Shown here: piece after piece, positions 20,524 through 31,126 of the stretch
Numbering within the stretch: position 1 is the stretch's first letter
Layout of the letters: each line of letters begins with the position of its first letter
Source of the DNA: an uncultured Collinsella sp.
GTDB lineage: Bacteria; Actinomycetota; Coriobacteriia; Coriobacteriales; Coriobacteriaceae
Assembly (NCBI GenBank): GCA_958346935.1
Contig: CATVTM010000002.1
Span: forward strand, 351-64,350
Reading direction: 5' to 3'
Length of the DNA: 64,000 bases
The notes under the pieces: generated by a model
Told to the model about the DNA's origin: nothing
Database searches by the model: none
What the model saw: the letters and a program-made list of their open reading frames with translations, nothing else
Translations under genes and position numbers: made by a program

Positions 20524-21228
20524 CTAGAGACGCTGCATGCGGTACCCGACACCCATGTGCGTCTGAATCATCTTGGGGTGAGAGGGGTCTGCCTCGATCT
20601 TCTTGCGCAGGGTGCGCATGAACACGCGCAGGCTCGCCAGATCGCTGTCCCAGCTCGTGCCCCATATCTCGCGGGTGATGAAGGTGTGGGTGAGCACCTT
20701 GTCGACGTTTTTCGCCAGAAGGACGAGCAATTTGTACTCGGTTGGGGTGAGCGAGAGCTCGCGTCCGTCTTTCGTCGCGTATCCCGCGGCGTAGTCGATA
20801 TGCAGCGGACCGTTGTCGAACGTGCTCGCTTCTGTCGACTCGCTCGACGCCATCGATGAGCGCCTCAAATTCGCACGGACGCGCGCGAGCAACTCATCCA
20901 CAGAAAAGGGCTTAGTGAGGTAGTCGTCTGCCCCTGCGTCAAGTGCTGCAATCTTGTCGGAATCTTCGGAGCGCGCCGAAATGACGATAATGGGGACCGC
21001 CGACCAGCTTCGGATCTTCGTGATGACCTCGATACCGTCAATGTCGGGAAGGCCGAGGTCGAGCATGATGAGGCTGGGGCCGTGCGACACCGCATCCATG
21101 ATGGCGGCCTGGCCGTTGCAAACCTTGCTCACGACATAGCCGTGGAGGTCAAGCGCGGTCGAAACGAGGTTTTGAACGGTCAGGTCATCTTCGACCAGGA
21201 GGATACGTGGCTTAGCGGCATTATTCAT
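20524..21228 (-). CDS. kdpE: Response regulator KdpE
   Basis: LLVEDD, LDLGLPDIDG, GADDYLTKPF, OmpR winged helix; follows kdpD. Confidence 0.93.
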   Translation of the reverse strand: MNNAAKPRILLVEDDLTVQNLVSTALDLHGYVVSKVCNGQAAIMDAVSHGPSLIMLDLGLPDIDGIEVITKIRSWSAVPIIVISARSEDSDKIAALDAGADDYLTKPFSVDELLARVRANLRRSSMASSESTEASTFDNGPLHIDYAAGYATKDGRELSLTPTEYKLLVLLAKNVDKVLTHTFITREIWGTSWDSDLASLRVFMRTLRKKIEADPSHPKMIQTHMGVGYRMQRL

Positions 21229-23956
21229 GAATCTCGATCTCCTCAGCGGGCAGGGTAAAACGGAAGACGGCCCCATGGGGGTGGTTGTCGCGAGCTTCGA
21301 TGACGCCGCCATGCGCCTCCACGATGGAACGGCAGAGCGACAGCCCAAGGCCGATGCTTCGACGCGAATCCACGGGCCGCGTATTGCTTGAGGTGAAGAA
21401 GCACTCAAAGATATGAGGCTTGTCGCAGTCTGCCACACCCGGCCCATCGTCTGCGACGTCCACCACGACGAACGCACCCTCGCGACGTGCGCTGATGGTG
21501 ACAGTTGAGTCCTCGGGCGTGTATTTGAAGGCGTTCATGATGAGATTCGTAAGCACCTGCATGATGAGATGGACGTCGATGCGTACCAGCAGGATGTCGT
21601 CAGTGTGCACGATGGTGACGGTACGTCCATGCGATGCTTGGGCGACATGGCTGAGGGCGGCCTCGATGACCTCGTCGATGAGCTCGGATGTGAAGTTGAG
21701 GTGAATGGTGCCGTCCTCGACGCGTGTGATGGCGAGGAGGTTCTCCACGGTATCGATAAGCCAGAGGGAGTCGTCGTAGATGGCATCGGCAAGATCGCAG
21801 CGTTGTTCGAGGCTGAGCTTCTCGTCGCTCTTCCGAAGGATTGCCGCAGATCCGGATATAGCCGTGAGGGGTGTCCTCAAATCGTGGCCGATGGAGCGCA
21901 AAAGGTTGGCGCGCAGCTGCTCGTTTTTCGCCAAGACCGCAGCCTCTTCGCGCTCTTGCGCCGCCCGGTCGCTTTCGAGCGCCAAGGCGCATTCACCTAC
22001 GATAGATAGGACGATCGAATGCTCGAAGGCTTCGATCTCGCGCCCCTCCAGGGCGATGCCGATGACACCGAATACCTTGTCGCCGGTGCGAACCGCGAGG
22101 TAGAGACAGCGCGCCTCAGGCAGGGTCCGCGTGCTTGCGCCCGCGCGCTTGTTGTTGGTATAGGTCCAGGTTGCAACGGCGCGCTCGTAGTCGGTGAGCA
22201 GCGACGCGGAACGGTTTTCGGTGCCAGCGGACTCATAGAGTGCCTTGCCGAGCGTGCCGTGTTCGGCGGTGTAGAAGACCACGTCGAGTTTAAGCAGTTT
22301 GATGAGTTGGTTCATGGCGACGCGGGCGCACTCCTCCGCGCTATGGGCTTGCTGCAAGAGCTGGTTCGTTTCGAGGAGTACGCGCGTTTTGAATGCGTTC
22401 TCGGCGGAGGTACGGGCGTTGTCGGCGATGCGCGCGGTTAACTCGCCGGCGACCATAGCGGTAGCGAACATGATGCCGAACGTGACCAGATAGCTTCGGT
22501 CGTAGCTGGCGAGCGAAAACAGAGGCGTGACGAAGCAGAAGTTGTAAAGCACTACAGAGAGCACGCTCGATACGATCGTGCAGATGCGCCCCGTCGTGGT
22601 GACGGCGGTCAGCAGGGCCGTGAGGATATAGAGGGATATGATGCTGGAATCGGCAAAACCCAGATGGCGGAAAGCCGTGCCGATCGCCGTGGCGACAAGA
22701 GAGAGGGCCAGCGTGCGAAGCACGTCACGGCTGCTGGGCGGCTGCAGGGCGAGCGCACGGCGGCGTCCTTCGGGCCGGGAGGGCGGAGTCGACTGGTCTG
22801 GAATGATGTAAATGTCGAGGTTCGGGGCGAATGTTATGAGCTGTTCTACGAGAGATTTGCGGCCGAAGAGGGCCTGACAGACGCTGCTACGCTCGCCCGT
22901 GCGCCCCATGACGATCTTCGAAATACCCGACAGGCGCGCGAACTCGGAGATCTGAAACGCGATGTCGTCGCCATAGACGGTTTCCATATGTGCTCCGAGC
23001 TGTTCGGCTAGGGCGATATTGGCTGCAAGCTTGGCGCGCTCATTATCGCTCATGGCCTGCGCGCGCGGGCTCTCTACGAACAGGGCGACGAGCTCGCTGC
23101 GAAACGCTTTCGCCATGCGTGCGGCGGCACGGACGATGCGGGGATTGGTCGGCGCCGGGGAGACACAGACTAAGATACGCTCCCTGGTGTAGTAGTCACG
23201 GTTTCCCAGCACGCGTGCGGCGTCTGTGAGGTAGCCGGTGCGATCGGCGCAGCGGCGCAGCGCGATTTCTCGGAGTGCGGTGAGGTTCTCGACGGTAAAA
23301 AAATGCTGTTGCGCTCGGTCGGCTTGTGCGGGACGGTAGACGAGGCCGGCGCGAAGGCGCTCAAGTAGGTCTTCGGGCTCTATGTCGACGAGCTCGACCT
23401 GGTCGGCATCATCGAAGATACGGTCGGGGATTCGTTCGCTCACGATAACGCCGGTGATGGATGCAACCATGTCGTTTAGGCTCTCGATATGCTGAACGTT
23501 CACGGTCGTATAGACGTCGATGCCCGCATGTAGAAGTTCCTCGACGTCTTGATAGCGTTTGTCGTGGCGAGACCCTGGCGCATTTGTATGGGCGAGCTCG
23601 TCGACAAGGATGAGCTGAGGGGCGCGTTCGATAGCCGCATCTAGATCGAACTCGCTGAGCGCAATGCCGTTGTGCTTGATGAGCTTACAGGGCACGTTCT
23701 CAAGCCCTTGTGCAAGATGGGCAGTTGCCGGACGTTCGTGCGGCTCGATGTATCCCGCGACGACGTCGACACCTCGCCGCTTGGCGGCGTGGGCGGCTTG
23801 AAGCATCGCATAGGTTTTGCCTGCGCCAGCAGCGTAGCCAAAGAAAATCTTGAGGTGTCCCCGGCTGGTTCGAGCGTCATCGGCGACCTCGTCTTTCTCA
23901 ATTGCCTTGAGGATGAGGTCTGGATTGACGCGAGTGTCCGATGCGTCGCGCTGCAT
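21221..23956 (-). CDS. kdpD: Sensor histidine kinase KdpD
   Basis: LKIFFGYAAGAGKTYAML, DELAHTN, USP domain, 4 TM, GAF, HDLRTPL H-box, NAFKY and DDGPG boxes. Confidence 0.96.
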   Translation of the reverse strand: MQRDASDTRVNPDLILKAIEKDEVADDARTSRGHLKIFFGYAAGAGKTYAMLQAAHAAKRRGVDVVAGYIEPHERPATAHLAQGLENVPCKLIKHNGIALSEFDLDAAIERAPQLILVDELAHTNAPGSRHDKRYQDVEELLHAGIDVYTTVNVQHIESLNDMVASITGVIVSERIPDRIFDDADQVELVDIEPEDLLERLRAGLVYRPAQADRAQQHFFTVENLTALREIALRRCADRTGYLTDAARVLGNRDYYTRERILVCVSPAPTNPRIVRAAARMAKAFRSELVALFVESPRAQAMSDNERAKLAANIALAEQLGAHMETVYGDDIAFQISEFARLSGISKIVMGRTGERSSVCQALFGRKSLVEQLITFAPNLDIYIIPDQSTPPSRPEGRRRALALQPPSSRDVLRTLALSLVATAIGTAFRHLGFADSSIISLYILTALLTAVTTTGRICTIVSSVLSVVLYNFCFVTPLFSLASYDRSYLVTFGIMFATAMVAGELTARIADNARTSAENAFKTRVLLETNQLLQQAHSAEECARVAMNQLIKLLKLDVVFYTAEHGTLGKALYESAGTENRSASLLTDYERAVATWTYTNNKRAGASTRTLPEARCLYLAVRTGDKVFGVIGIALEGREIEAFEHSIVLSIVGECALALESDRAAQEREEAAVLAKNEQLRANLLRSIGHDLRTPLTAISGSAAILRKSDEKLSLEQRCDLADAIYDDSLWLIDTVENLLAITRVEDGTIHLNFTSELIDEVIEAALSHVAQASHGRTVTIVHTDDILLVRIDVHLIMQVLTNLIMNAFKYTPEDSTVTISARREGAFVVVDVADDGPGVADCDKPHIFECFFTSSNTRPVDSRRSIGLGLSLCRSIVEAHGGVIEARDNHPHGAVFRFTLPAEEIEIHE

Positions 23957-24067
23957 AGCGTAGCCTTTCTGAAACGTTGTCCATGCGTGCATACGCGGTG
24001 AGGACGCCACTGTATGCACGCGAGGTCGAGTATAGGCGCACTGCAGCCGCAATAGTGCTTTCTACCT

Positions 24068-24087
24068 GCATCTTTACGGCATCTTAA
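24068..24087 (+). promoter_or_regulatory. Candidate KdpE-binding tandem repeat GCATCTTWA x2
   Basis: GCATCTTTA (24068) and GCATCTTAA (24079), 11 bp apart, in the divergent kdpD/kdpF spacer. Confidence 0.45.
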
Positions 24088-24199
24088 GGTTGTGAGCCCC
24101 AGCCCTCACGCCTCTTTAATCCCTAGAAGCGTTTACTGTCCCCAGACGCTTGCGAGAGCAGGCGTCCGAGACATCGGACCGCGCGTGAAAGGGGCGGTA

Positions 24200-24286
24200 A
24201 TGGACATCCTCATTCCCATTATCGGAGTCGTCTGCATTGGACTCTTTATCTATTACATCTACATTCTGATGAGGAGTGATTCGTAA
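24200..24286 (+). CDS. kdpF: KdpF-like small membrane subunit (28 aa)
   Basis: MDILIPIIGVVCIGLFIYYIYILMRSDS, a single TM ending 3 bp before kdpA; RBS AAGGGG. Confidence 0.7.
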   Translation: MDILIPIIGVVCIGLFIYYIYILMRSDS

Positions 24287-24289
24287 ACT

Positions 24290-26113
24290 ATGGACGCTGC
24301 GATTCAGTACATCTTGTACTTTGCCGTGCTCGTCGTCCTGGCCGTTCCGCTCGGTCGGTTCATGGCCCATATCATGGATGGTGAGCATACGTTCTTGTCG
24401 CCTGTGATTGCTCCTGTGGAGCGTGGCGTCTATCGTCTGCTTCGCATCGACGCGGCAGAGCAGATGGGGTGTAGGCGCTATCTGGCGAGCGTGCTGGTCT
24501 TTTCGGGGATCGGCCTCGTGGCTCTTGTGGCACTCCAGGCGCTTCAGTCCTTCTTGCCAGGCAATCCCCAGCACCTGCCGGGTGTGCCATGGGACCTTTC
24601 GTTCAATACGGCCGCTTCCTTCATAACCAACACCAACTGGCAATCCTATTCCGGTGAGACCACCCTGTCCTACTTTGTGCAGTTCATGGGCCTCACCGTG
24701 CAGAACTTCGTTTCCGCTGGCACCGGTATCGCGGTCATGTTCGCGCTGATCCGTGGCTTCCGTCAGGTCAAGGAGCAGGATCTGGGTTCCTTCTGGGTCG
24801 ACCTCACCCGCACCGTCCTGTATGTGCTCATCCCGCTGAACCTCGTGTTCGGCATCTGCCTGGCTGCCGGTGGCGTCATCTCCAACTTCCAGCCGGCTCA
24901 GAAGGCTGAGCTCGTAGAGCCCGTCGCTGTCCAGCCTAATGCAGACGGCGGCTGGAGCGTCATCGACGGCGCCCAGATCGAGGGCGACACGGTCAAGGTC
25001 GACGGCAAGGTTGTCGAGGGCGCGCGCGTGGTCACCGAGCAGTTCCTGCCCCAGGGTCCCGCGGCTCCTCAGGTCGCCATCAAGCAGTCCGGCACCAACG
25101 GCGGCGGCTTCTTCGGCGTGAACTCCGCCCATCCGTATGAGAACCCCAGTGCCTTCACCAACATCATCGAGATGACCAGCCTGCTGCTGATCCCGGCCGC
25201 CTGCTGCTTCACCTTCGGTATCGGCGTCAAGAACACCAAGCAGGGCAAGGCTATCTTTGCCGCCATGTTCATCCTGCTGGTGATCTTCACCGGCATCATC
25301 GCCGTTAACGAGCATATGGGTACGCCGCAGCTGGCAGATGGCGGCGCGGTCAACATTGAGATGACCGATGGCCAGGCGGGCGGCAACATGGAGGGCAAGG
25401 AGAGCCGCTTTGGCATCGCCTCCTCTTCCACCTGGTCCGCTTTCACGACGGCTGCTTCCAACGGCTCGGTCAACTCCATGCACGACTCCTATACCCCGCT
25501 CGGCGGGTTTGTCCAGATGCTCCAGATAGCGCTGGGCGAGGTGGTGTTCGGCGGCGTGGGCTGCGGCCTGTACGGCATGATCGGCTTCGCCATCCTCACG
25601 GTGTTTATTGCCGGCCTTATGGTCGGCCGCACGCCCGAGTTCCTGGGCAAGAAGATCGAGCCGACCGAGATGCGCTGGGCGGTGGTTCTGTGTCTCGCCA
25701 CTCCGTTCGCCATTCTGGTGAGCTCCGCTATCGCCTGCATGGTGCCCGGTCTTGTCGACCAACTCACCAACGGCGGGGCGCATGGCTTCTCCGAGGTGCT
25801 GTATGCCTTCACCTCATGCGGCGGCAACAACGGCTCGGCGTTTGCAGGTATGAACTGCAACATTCCCTGGATCAACGTCATGCTCGGCCTCGAGATGCTG
25901 TTCGCCCGCTTCATGCCCATCATCGGTACGCTGGCTATCGCCGGCTCGCTGGCCAAGAAGGGTAAGGTCGCCGAGAGCGCCGGTACCCTGTCCACCACCA
26001 ACGGTATGTTCGTATTCCTGCTCGTGTTCATCGTTCTACTGATCGGTGCCCTGAGCTTCTTCCCGGCCCTGGCGCTTGGCCCCGTTGCCGAGTTCTTCCA
26101 GATGATTGCGTAA
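24290..26113 (+). CDS. kdpA: Potassium-transporting ATPase subunit A
   Basis: [21 protein letters not shown] and GNNGSAF selectivity motifs. Confidence 0.97.
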   Translation: MDAAIQYILYFAVLVVLAVPLGRFMAHIMDGEHTFLSPVIAPVERGVYRLLRIDAAEQMGCRRYLASVLVFSGIGLVALVALQALQSFLPGNPQHLPGVPWDLSFNTAASFITNTNWQSYSGETTLSYFVQFMGLTVQNFVSAGTGIAVMFALIRGFRQVKEQDLGSFWVDLTRTVLYVLIPLNLVFGICLAAGGVISNFQPAQKAELVEPVAVQPNADGGWSVIDGAQIEGDTVKVDGKVVEGARVVTEQFLPQGPAAPQVAIKQSGTNGGGFFGVNSAHPYENPSAFTNIIEMTSLLLIPAACCFTFGIGVKNTKQGKAIFAAMFILLVIFTGIIAVNEHMGTPQLADGGAVNIEMTDGQAGGNMEGKESRFGIASSSTWSAFTTAASNGSVNSMHDSYTPLGGFVQMLQIALGEVVFGGVGCGLYGMIGFAILTVFIAGLMVGRTPEFLGKKIEPTEMRWAVVLCLATPFAILVSSAIACMVPGLVDQLTNGGAHGFSEVLYAFTSCGGNNGSAFAGMNCNIPWINVMLGLEMLFARFMPIIGTLAIAGSLAKKGKVAESAGTLSTTNGMFVFLLVFIVLLIGALSFFPALALGPVAEFFQMIA

Positions 26114-26129
26114 AGGAGGGCGCAGATTT

Positions 26130-28190
26130 ATGACTATGCAAAAAGACATGATGGGCCGCGCGGTCCGCGACTCGTTTGCCAAGCTGGATCCTCGCGTCCA
26201 GATTCAAAACCCGGTCATGTTCCTGGTGTGGCTTTCCGCCGTCATGACCTCCGTCCTGGCCGTCGCTTCCATCTTCGGTGTGCAGGATGCGGGTGTGCCC
26301 ACTTACTATGTGGTCGCCATCGCGGTCATCCTGTGGCTCACCGACCTGTTCTCGAACTTCGCCGAGGCGCTTGCCGAGGGCCGCGGTAAGGCCCAGGCCG
26401 ATTCCCTGCGTGCGGCCAAGAAGGATGTCGAGGCCCATCGCATCGAGTCCGTTGAGGACAAGGAGCACTTCACCGTCGTTCCCGGCACCGAGCTCACGCG
26501 CGGCGACCTGGTGATCGTACGCGCCGGCGAGCAGATTCCGGGAGACGGCGATGTCATCGAGGGCGCTGCCTCCGTTGACGAGTCCGCCATCACCGGCGAG
26601 TCCGCCCCCGTGGTCCGCGAGGCCGGCGGCGACCGCTCTGCCGTTACCGGCGGTACCACGGTGCTGTCCGACTGGATCATCGTCAAGATCTCCAGCGAGC
26701 CCGGCCAGAGCTTCCTGGACAAGATGATCGCGATGGTCGAGGGTGCCGCGCGTAAGAAGACCCCTAACGAGATTGCTCTGGAGATCTTCCTGGTGGCCCT
26801 CTCCATCGTCTTTATCCTGGTCACGTTGGCCCTGTATTGTTACTCCTGCTTCTCGTCCGGTCTTAACGACATGGTCAACCCCACGGCCGTGACCACGCTC
26901 GTGGCGCTGCTCGTGTGCCTGGCTCCCACTACCATCGGCGCCCTTCTGTCCGCCATCGGCATCGCCGGCATGAGCCGTCTGAACGAGGCCAACGTGCTGG
27001 CCATGTCCGGCCGCGCCATCGAGGCCGCCGGTGACGTCGACATCCTCATGCTCGATAAGACCGGTACCATCACCTTGGGCAACCGCCAGGCCGCTGAGTT
27101 CATTCCGGTCGACGGTGTCGATCCGGCAGAACTCGCCGATGCCGCGCAGCTGTCCTCTCTGGCGGATGAGACCCCCGAGGGCCGCTCCATCGTCGTGCTC
27201 GCCAAGGAGCAGTTTGGGCTGCGCGGCCGCACACTCGAGGATAAAGGCATGGAGTTCATCCCCTTCACCGCGGCGACCCGCATGTCCGGTGTGAACTACG
27301 CCGGCAGCGAGATTCGCAAGGGTGCGGCCGATTCCGTTCGCGCTTATGTGGAGGCTGCCGGAGGAGTGTTCTCGAAGGAGTGCGACGAGGCCGTCGAACG
27401 CATTGCGAAGGTGGGCGGCACCCCGTTGGTCGTGGCAAAGGACCGACGTGTGCTGGGCGTTGTGTACCTCAAGGACATCATCAAGTCCGGCGTTAAGGAG
27501 AAGTTCGCCGACCTGCGCCGCATGGGTATCAAGACCATCATGGTGACGGGCGACAACCCGCTCACTGCCGCGGCAATCGCCGCCGAGGCCGGCGTTGACG
27601 ACTTCCTGGCTGAGGCCACCCCCGAGGGCAAGCTCGAGAAGATCCGCGAGTTCCAGCGTGAGGGCCACCTGGTCGCCATGACCGGCGATGGCACCAACGA
27701 TGCGCCGGCGCTCGCCCAGGCGGACGTCGCCGTGGCCATGAACACCGGCACTCAGGCCGCCAAGGAGGCCGGTAACATGGTCGACCTCGACTCCAGCCCC
27801 ACCAAGCTCATCGAGGTCGTGCGTATCGGCAAGCAACTGCTCATGACCCGCGGCTCGCTCACGACCTTCTCGGTCGCCAACGACGTCGCCAAGTATTTCG
27901 CCATCATCCCGGCGCTATTCTCGCCGATCTACCCCGGGTTGGACGCCCTCAACATCCTGGGGCTCACCAGCCCGTTGTCTGCCGTGCTGTCCGCCATTAT
28001 CTACAACGCGCTGGTCATCGTCGCGCTGATTCCTGCCGCCCTGAAAGGCGTGAAGTACCGCGAGCTTTCGTCCGGCCAGCTGCTGACCCACAACCTGTTG
28101 GTGTGGGGTCTGGGCGGTATCGTGGCACCGTTCGTATTCATCAAAATTATCGACATGCTGCTGGCCTTGTTCGGCATTGGCATGATGTAG
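26130..28190 (+). CDS. kdpB: Potassium-transporting ATPase subunit B
   Basis: TGES, DKTGT, KGA, TGDN and [11 protein letters not shown]-type ATPase motifs. Confidence 0.97.
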   Translation: MTMQKDMMGRAVRDSFAKLDPRVQIQNPVMFLVWLSAVMTSVLAVASIFGVQDAGVPTYYVVAIAVILWLTDLFSNFAEALAEGRGKAQADSLRAAKKDVEAHRIESVEDKEHFTVVPGTELTRGDLVIVRAGEQIPGDGDVIEGAASVDESAITGESAPVVREAGGDRSAVTGGTTVLSDWIIVKISSEPGQSFLDKMIAMVEGAARKKTPNEIALEIFLVALSIVFILVTLALYCYSCFSSGLNDMVNPTAVTTLVALLVCLAPTTIGALLSAIGIAGMSRLNEANVLAMSGRAIEAAGDVDILMLDKTGTITLGNRQAAEFIPVDGVDPAELADAAQLSSLADETPEGRSIVVLAKEQFGLRGRTLEDKGMEFIPFTAATRMSGVNYAGSEIRKGAADSVRAYVEAAGGVFSKECDEAVERIAKVGGTPLVVAKDRRVLGVVYLKDIIKSGVKEKFADLRRMGIKTIMVTGDNPLTAAAIAAEAGVDDFLAEATPEGKLEKIREFQREGHLVAMTGDGTNDAPALAQADVAVAMNTGTQAAKEAGNMVDLDSSPTKLIEVVRIGKQLLMTRGSLTTFSVANDVAKYFAIIPALFSPIYPGLDALNILGLTSPLSAVLSAIIYNALVIVALIPAALKGVKYRELSSGQLLTHNLLVWGLGGIVAPFVFIKIIDMLLALFGIGMM

Positions 28191-28202
28191 ACGGAGGTTT
28201 GT

Positions 28203-28793
28203 ATGTTCAAAGGTATCGCATCGCGCGCACTTGGAGTGTTCGCGCTGTTTACCATCGTCTGCGGCCTGGGATACACGCTCGTGGTGACCGGCGTCGCGCA
28301 GCTTGCGTTTCCGTACAAGGCGAACGGATCGCTCATTACGGTCGACGGCAAGGTTGTGGGTTCCGAGCTCATCGGCCAGAACTTTGATGACGAAGCCCAC
28401 ATGTGGGGTCGTATCCAGAACGTATCAATTGTCGAAGGCGAAGACGGCGAGCTCATGGCGTATGGTGCCCCGTCCAACCTGTCCCCGGCGAGTGAGGAGT
28501 ATCGGCAGCTGATAGATGCGCGCGTGAAGAAGATCCGCGCCGCCAACCCCGATGCCGATATGGACGCTGTGCCCGTCGATCTGGTGACGTGTTCGGGGTC
28601 CGGCCTCGACCCGGAGATCTCTCCGGATGCCGCCGAGTACCAGGTTCCGCGCCTTGCCAAGGCCACGGGCAAAAGTGAGGACGAGGTGCGCGACATCATC
28701 GCCGCGTGCACCAAGGGCCGTTTCCTCGGCGTGTTCGGCGAGCCCACGGTCAACGTGCTCAAGGTGAATCTTATGCTGGACGGCGCGCTGTAG
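28203..28793 (+). CDS. kdpC: Potassium-transporting ATPase subunit C
   Basis: N-terminal TM, ANGS, GSELIGQ, SGSGLDPEIS, VNVLKVNL. Confidence 0.95.
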   Translation: MFKGIASRALGVFALFTIVCGLGYTLVVTGVAQLAFPYKANGSLITVDGKVVGSELIGQNFDDEAHMWGRIQNVSIVEGEDGELMAYGAPSNLSPASEEYRQLIDARVKKIRAANPDADMDAVPVDLVTCSGSGLDPEISPDAAEYQVPRLAKATGKSEDEVRDIIAACTKGRFLGVFGEPTVNVLKVNLMLDGAL

Positions 28794-28810
28794 GTGAGGG
28801 AGTGGCGGAT

Positions 28811-28932
28811 GAGGGCATGACTGCCTACCTGGGCCTCTAACCCATCCCATCCATCAGTTGCGGTGGAATACGGACTGTTTTGGCTGTCAAAGGCCTCATC
28901 TACTCCGTATTCCACCGCAACTTTTTTGTGGG
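28811..28932 (+). repeat. Right copy of 122-bp direct repeat, including an orphan EGMTAYLGL* gene tail
   Basis: Matches 20397-20518 at offset 8414. Confidence 0.92.
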
Positions 28933-29038
28933 CTGAGTAAAAGCCGGGGGAGCGTGTACGGTCGGGTACAGCGCAGTTGCTGATACGATAAGTACGTTAG
29001 CAACTGCCGCCGAGCGGCTCAAACGAAAGGAACCCTGT

Positions 29039-30988
29039 ATGGAGTCTTCCGCCTACCCGATGCTCTTTAGCCCGATCAAGGTCGGTACGACCGAGGTCAA
29101 GAACCGCGTCTTTATGCCGCCGGTGTCCACGAACCTGGCCGATCATGGCTATGTGACCGACGACTTGGTCGATCATTACCGTGCCCGTGCCAAGGGCGGC
29201 GTTGGCCTGATCATCACCGAGGTCGTGACGGTCGAGCCCACCTATACCTATCTACCGGGTGACATGTGCTGCTACGACGACACGTTTATCCCTGGCTGGG
29301 AAAAGCTCGCCGCGGCCGTCCACGAGTATGGCTGCAAGATCATGCCGCAGCTCTTCCACCCCGCCTACATGGCCTTTAACATTCCGGGCACGCCGCGCCT
29401 GATCGCTCCGTCCTTTGTGGGCCCGTCCTATGCCCGCGAGGCGCCGCGCCCCATCACGGTCGATGAGATCCACGAGCTCACGCATCAGTTTGGTGACGCT
29501 GCTGTGCGCATGCAGAAGGCCGGTGTCGACGGCGTCGAGGTCCATGCGGCACACGCCCACGGCATGCTCGGCGGCTTTTTGACCCCGCTCTATAACAAGC
29601 GCACCGACGAGTACGGCGGCTCGCTCGACGCCCGCATGCGCTTCCTGCTCGAGGTCATCGCCGAGATTCGCGAGCGCTGCGGCAAGGACTTTATCATCGA
29701 CGTCCGTATCTCGGGCGACGAGTACACCGATGGCGGCCTGACCCTCAACGATATGATCTATGTCTCGCGTCGCTTGGAGAAGGCCGGCGTCGACATGATC
29801 CACGTGTCGGGCGGCACTACCATCAAGCGCGGCTCCGCCATTCCCGCCGCCGGTACGCAGCAGGCCTCGCACGCCGCCTGCTCGCGCGAGATCAAGAAGC
29901 ATGTGAATATTCCCGTTGCCACGGTAGGCCGCATCAACGAGGCATGGATTGCCGAGGAACTGATCGAGGACGGCGCCGCCGACATCTGCATGATGGGCCG
30001 TGCCAATCTGTGCGATGCCGAGTTCTGCAACAAGGCGGCTGCCGGCAACGCCGACGAGATCCGTCCCTGCATCGGCTGCCTGCGCTGCCTGAACGGCATC
30101 ATGTTTGGCAAGCGCATCTCCTGCACCGTCAACCCGGACGTGGAGCGCGACGAGGCCGGCTACGAGCTTGCCGCCGAGGCCAAGAACGTGCTCGTTGTGG
30201 GCGCTGGTCCTGCGGGCATGGAGGCAGCCTACATTGCCGCCAAGCGCGGTCACAACGTGGTGCTCGTGGACAAGCAGGATGAGCCGGGCGGCGAGATGCG
30301 CATCGCAGCCGTTCCGCCGGCAAAGCAGGAACTCACCCGCGTGATCAAGTATCAGTACCGTCGTCTGGCCGAGGCCGGCGTGAAGTGCGTATTTGGCACC
30401 GAACTTACTGCCGAGGATATTCAGCGTGACTACGCCGGTTACGAGGTTGTCCTGGCCTATGGTGCCGAGCCCATCGCTCCGGCCTTCATGCAGGGCTTTA
30501 AGCAGGTTATGACGGCTGACGACCTGCTGGGTGGCAAGGCTTTCCCGGGCAAGAAGATCGTCATCGTGGGCGGCGGCACCGTTGGCTGCGAGACGGCCGA
30601 TTACCTGGCCCCGCTGGTCAACGACCTGTCGCCGGCCAATCGCGATGTCACCGTCATCGAGATGACCAAGACGCTCGCCGCTAACGAGGGCGGCGCCGGT
30701 CGCGCGGTGCTCATCACGCGCATGCTCTCCAAGGGCGTCCACGTGCTGACCGAGGCTAAGGTGACCGAGATTACCGAGGATACCATCAGCTACGAGAAGG
30801 ACGGTGAGGTCCACACCATCTCCGACGCCGATACGCTGGTGCTTGCCATGGGTTACCGTCCCAACACCAAGCTGGCCGATGACCTTGCCGCTGCCGGCGT
30901 TGCCACCCACGTGCTGGGCGATGCCCAGAAGTGCGGCAACATCCGTGATGCCATCGGCGACGGCTACAAGGTCGCCTGCGAGCTGTAG
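29039..30988 (+). CDS. Old-yellow-enzyme/Fe-S flavoprotein NADH:flavin oxidoreductase (2,4-dienoyl-CoA reductase/BaiCD-BaiH class)
   Basis: KNRVFMPP, ARAKGGVG, HAAHAH, NKRTDEYGG, PCIGCLRC...C Fe-S motif, GAGPAG and GGGTVG Rossmann motifs. Confidence 0.9.
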   Translation: MESSAYPMLFSPIKVGTTEVKNRVFMPPVSTNLADHGYVTDDLVDHYRARAKGGVGLIITEVVTVEPTYTYLPGDMCCYDDTFIPGWEKLAAAVHEYGCKIMPQLFHPAYMAFNIPGTPRLIAPSFVGPSYAREAPRPITVDEIHELTHQFGDAAVRMQKAGVDGVEVHAAHAHGMLGGFLTPLYNKRTDEYGGSLDARMRFLLEVIAEIRERCGKDFIIDVRISGDEYTDGGLTLNDMIYVSRRLEKAGVDMIHVSGGTTIKRGSAIPAAGTQQASHAACSREIKKHVNIPVATVGRINEAWIAEELIEDGAADICMMGRANLCDAEFCNKAAAGNADEIRPCIGCLRCLNGIMFGKRISCTVNPDVERDEAGYELAAEAKNVLVVGAGPAGMEAAYIAAKRGHNVVLVDKQDEPGGEMRIAAVPPAKQELTRVIKYQYRRLAEAGVKCVFGTELTAEDIQRDYAGYEVVLAYGAEPIAPAFMQGFKQVMTADDLLGGKAFPGKKIVIVGGGTVGCETADYLAPLVNDLSPANRDVTVIEMTKTLAANEGGAGRAVLITRMLSKGVHVLTEAKVTEITEDTISYEKDGEVHTISDADTLVLAMGYRPNTKLADDLAAAGVATHVLGDAQKCGNIRDAIGDGYKVACEL

Positions 30989-31044
30989 GCTCTTGGCAAA
31001 TAGGGGAGCGGCCGCCTTGCGGTGACTCAAGCGATAGCCAATCA

Positions 31045-31084
31045 AAAAAGGCGCCGCGACACATGGATCGTCGCGGCGCCTTTT
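31045..31084. terminator. Bidirectional terminator
   Basis: AAAAAGGCGCCGCGAC...GTCGCGGCGCCTTTT between convergent genes. Confidence 0.8.
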
Positions 31085-31126
31085 GTCTGGCGGTTTGTTG
31101 GGGGTCGGTGCGCCCCGTGGGCCTTA

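Noticed and set aside
23957..24199. c-di-AMP (ydaO) riboswitch upstream of kdp
   Set aside because: The conserved GCUGAAUCC/GGAAC core was not found by eye, and KdpDE explains the regulation.
29039..30988. Assigning baiH, baiCD or bilR
   Set aside because: Only family-level similarity; no bai operon context and no HGDR motif.
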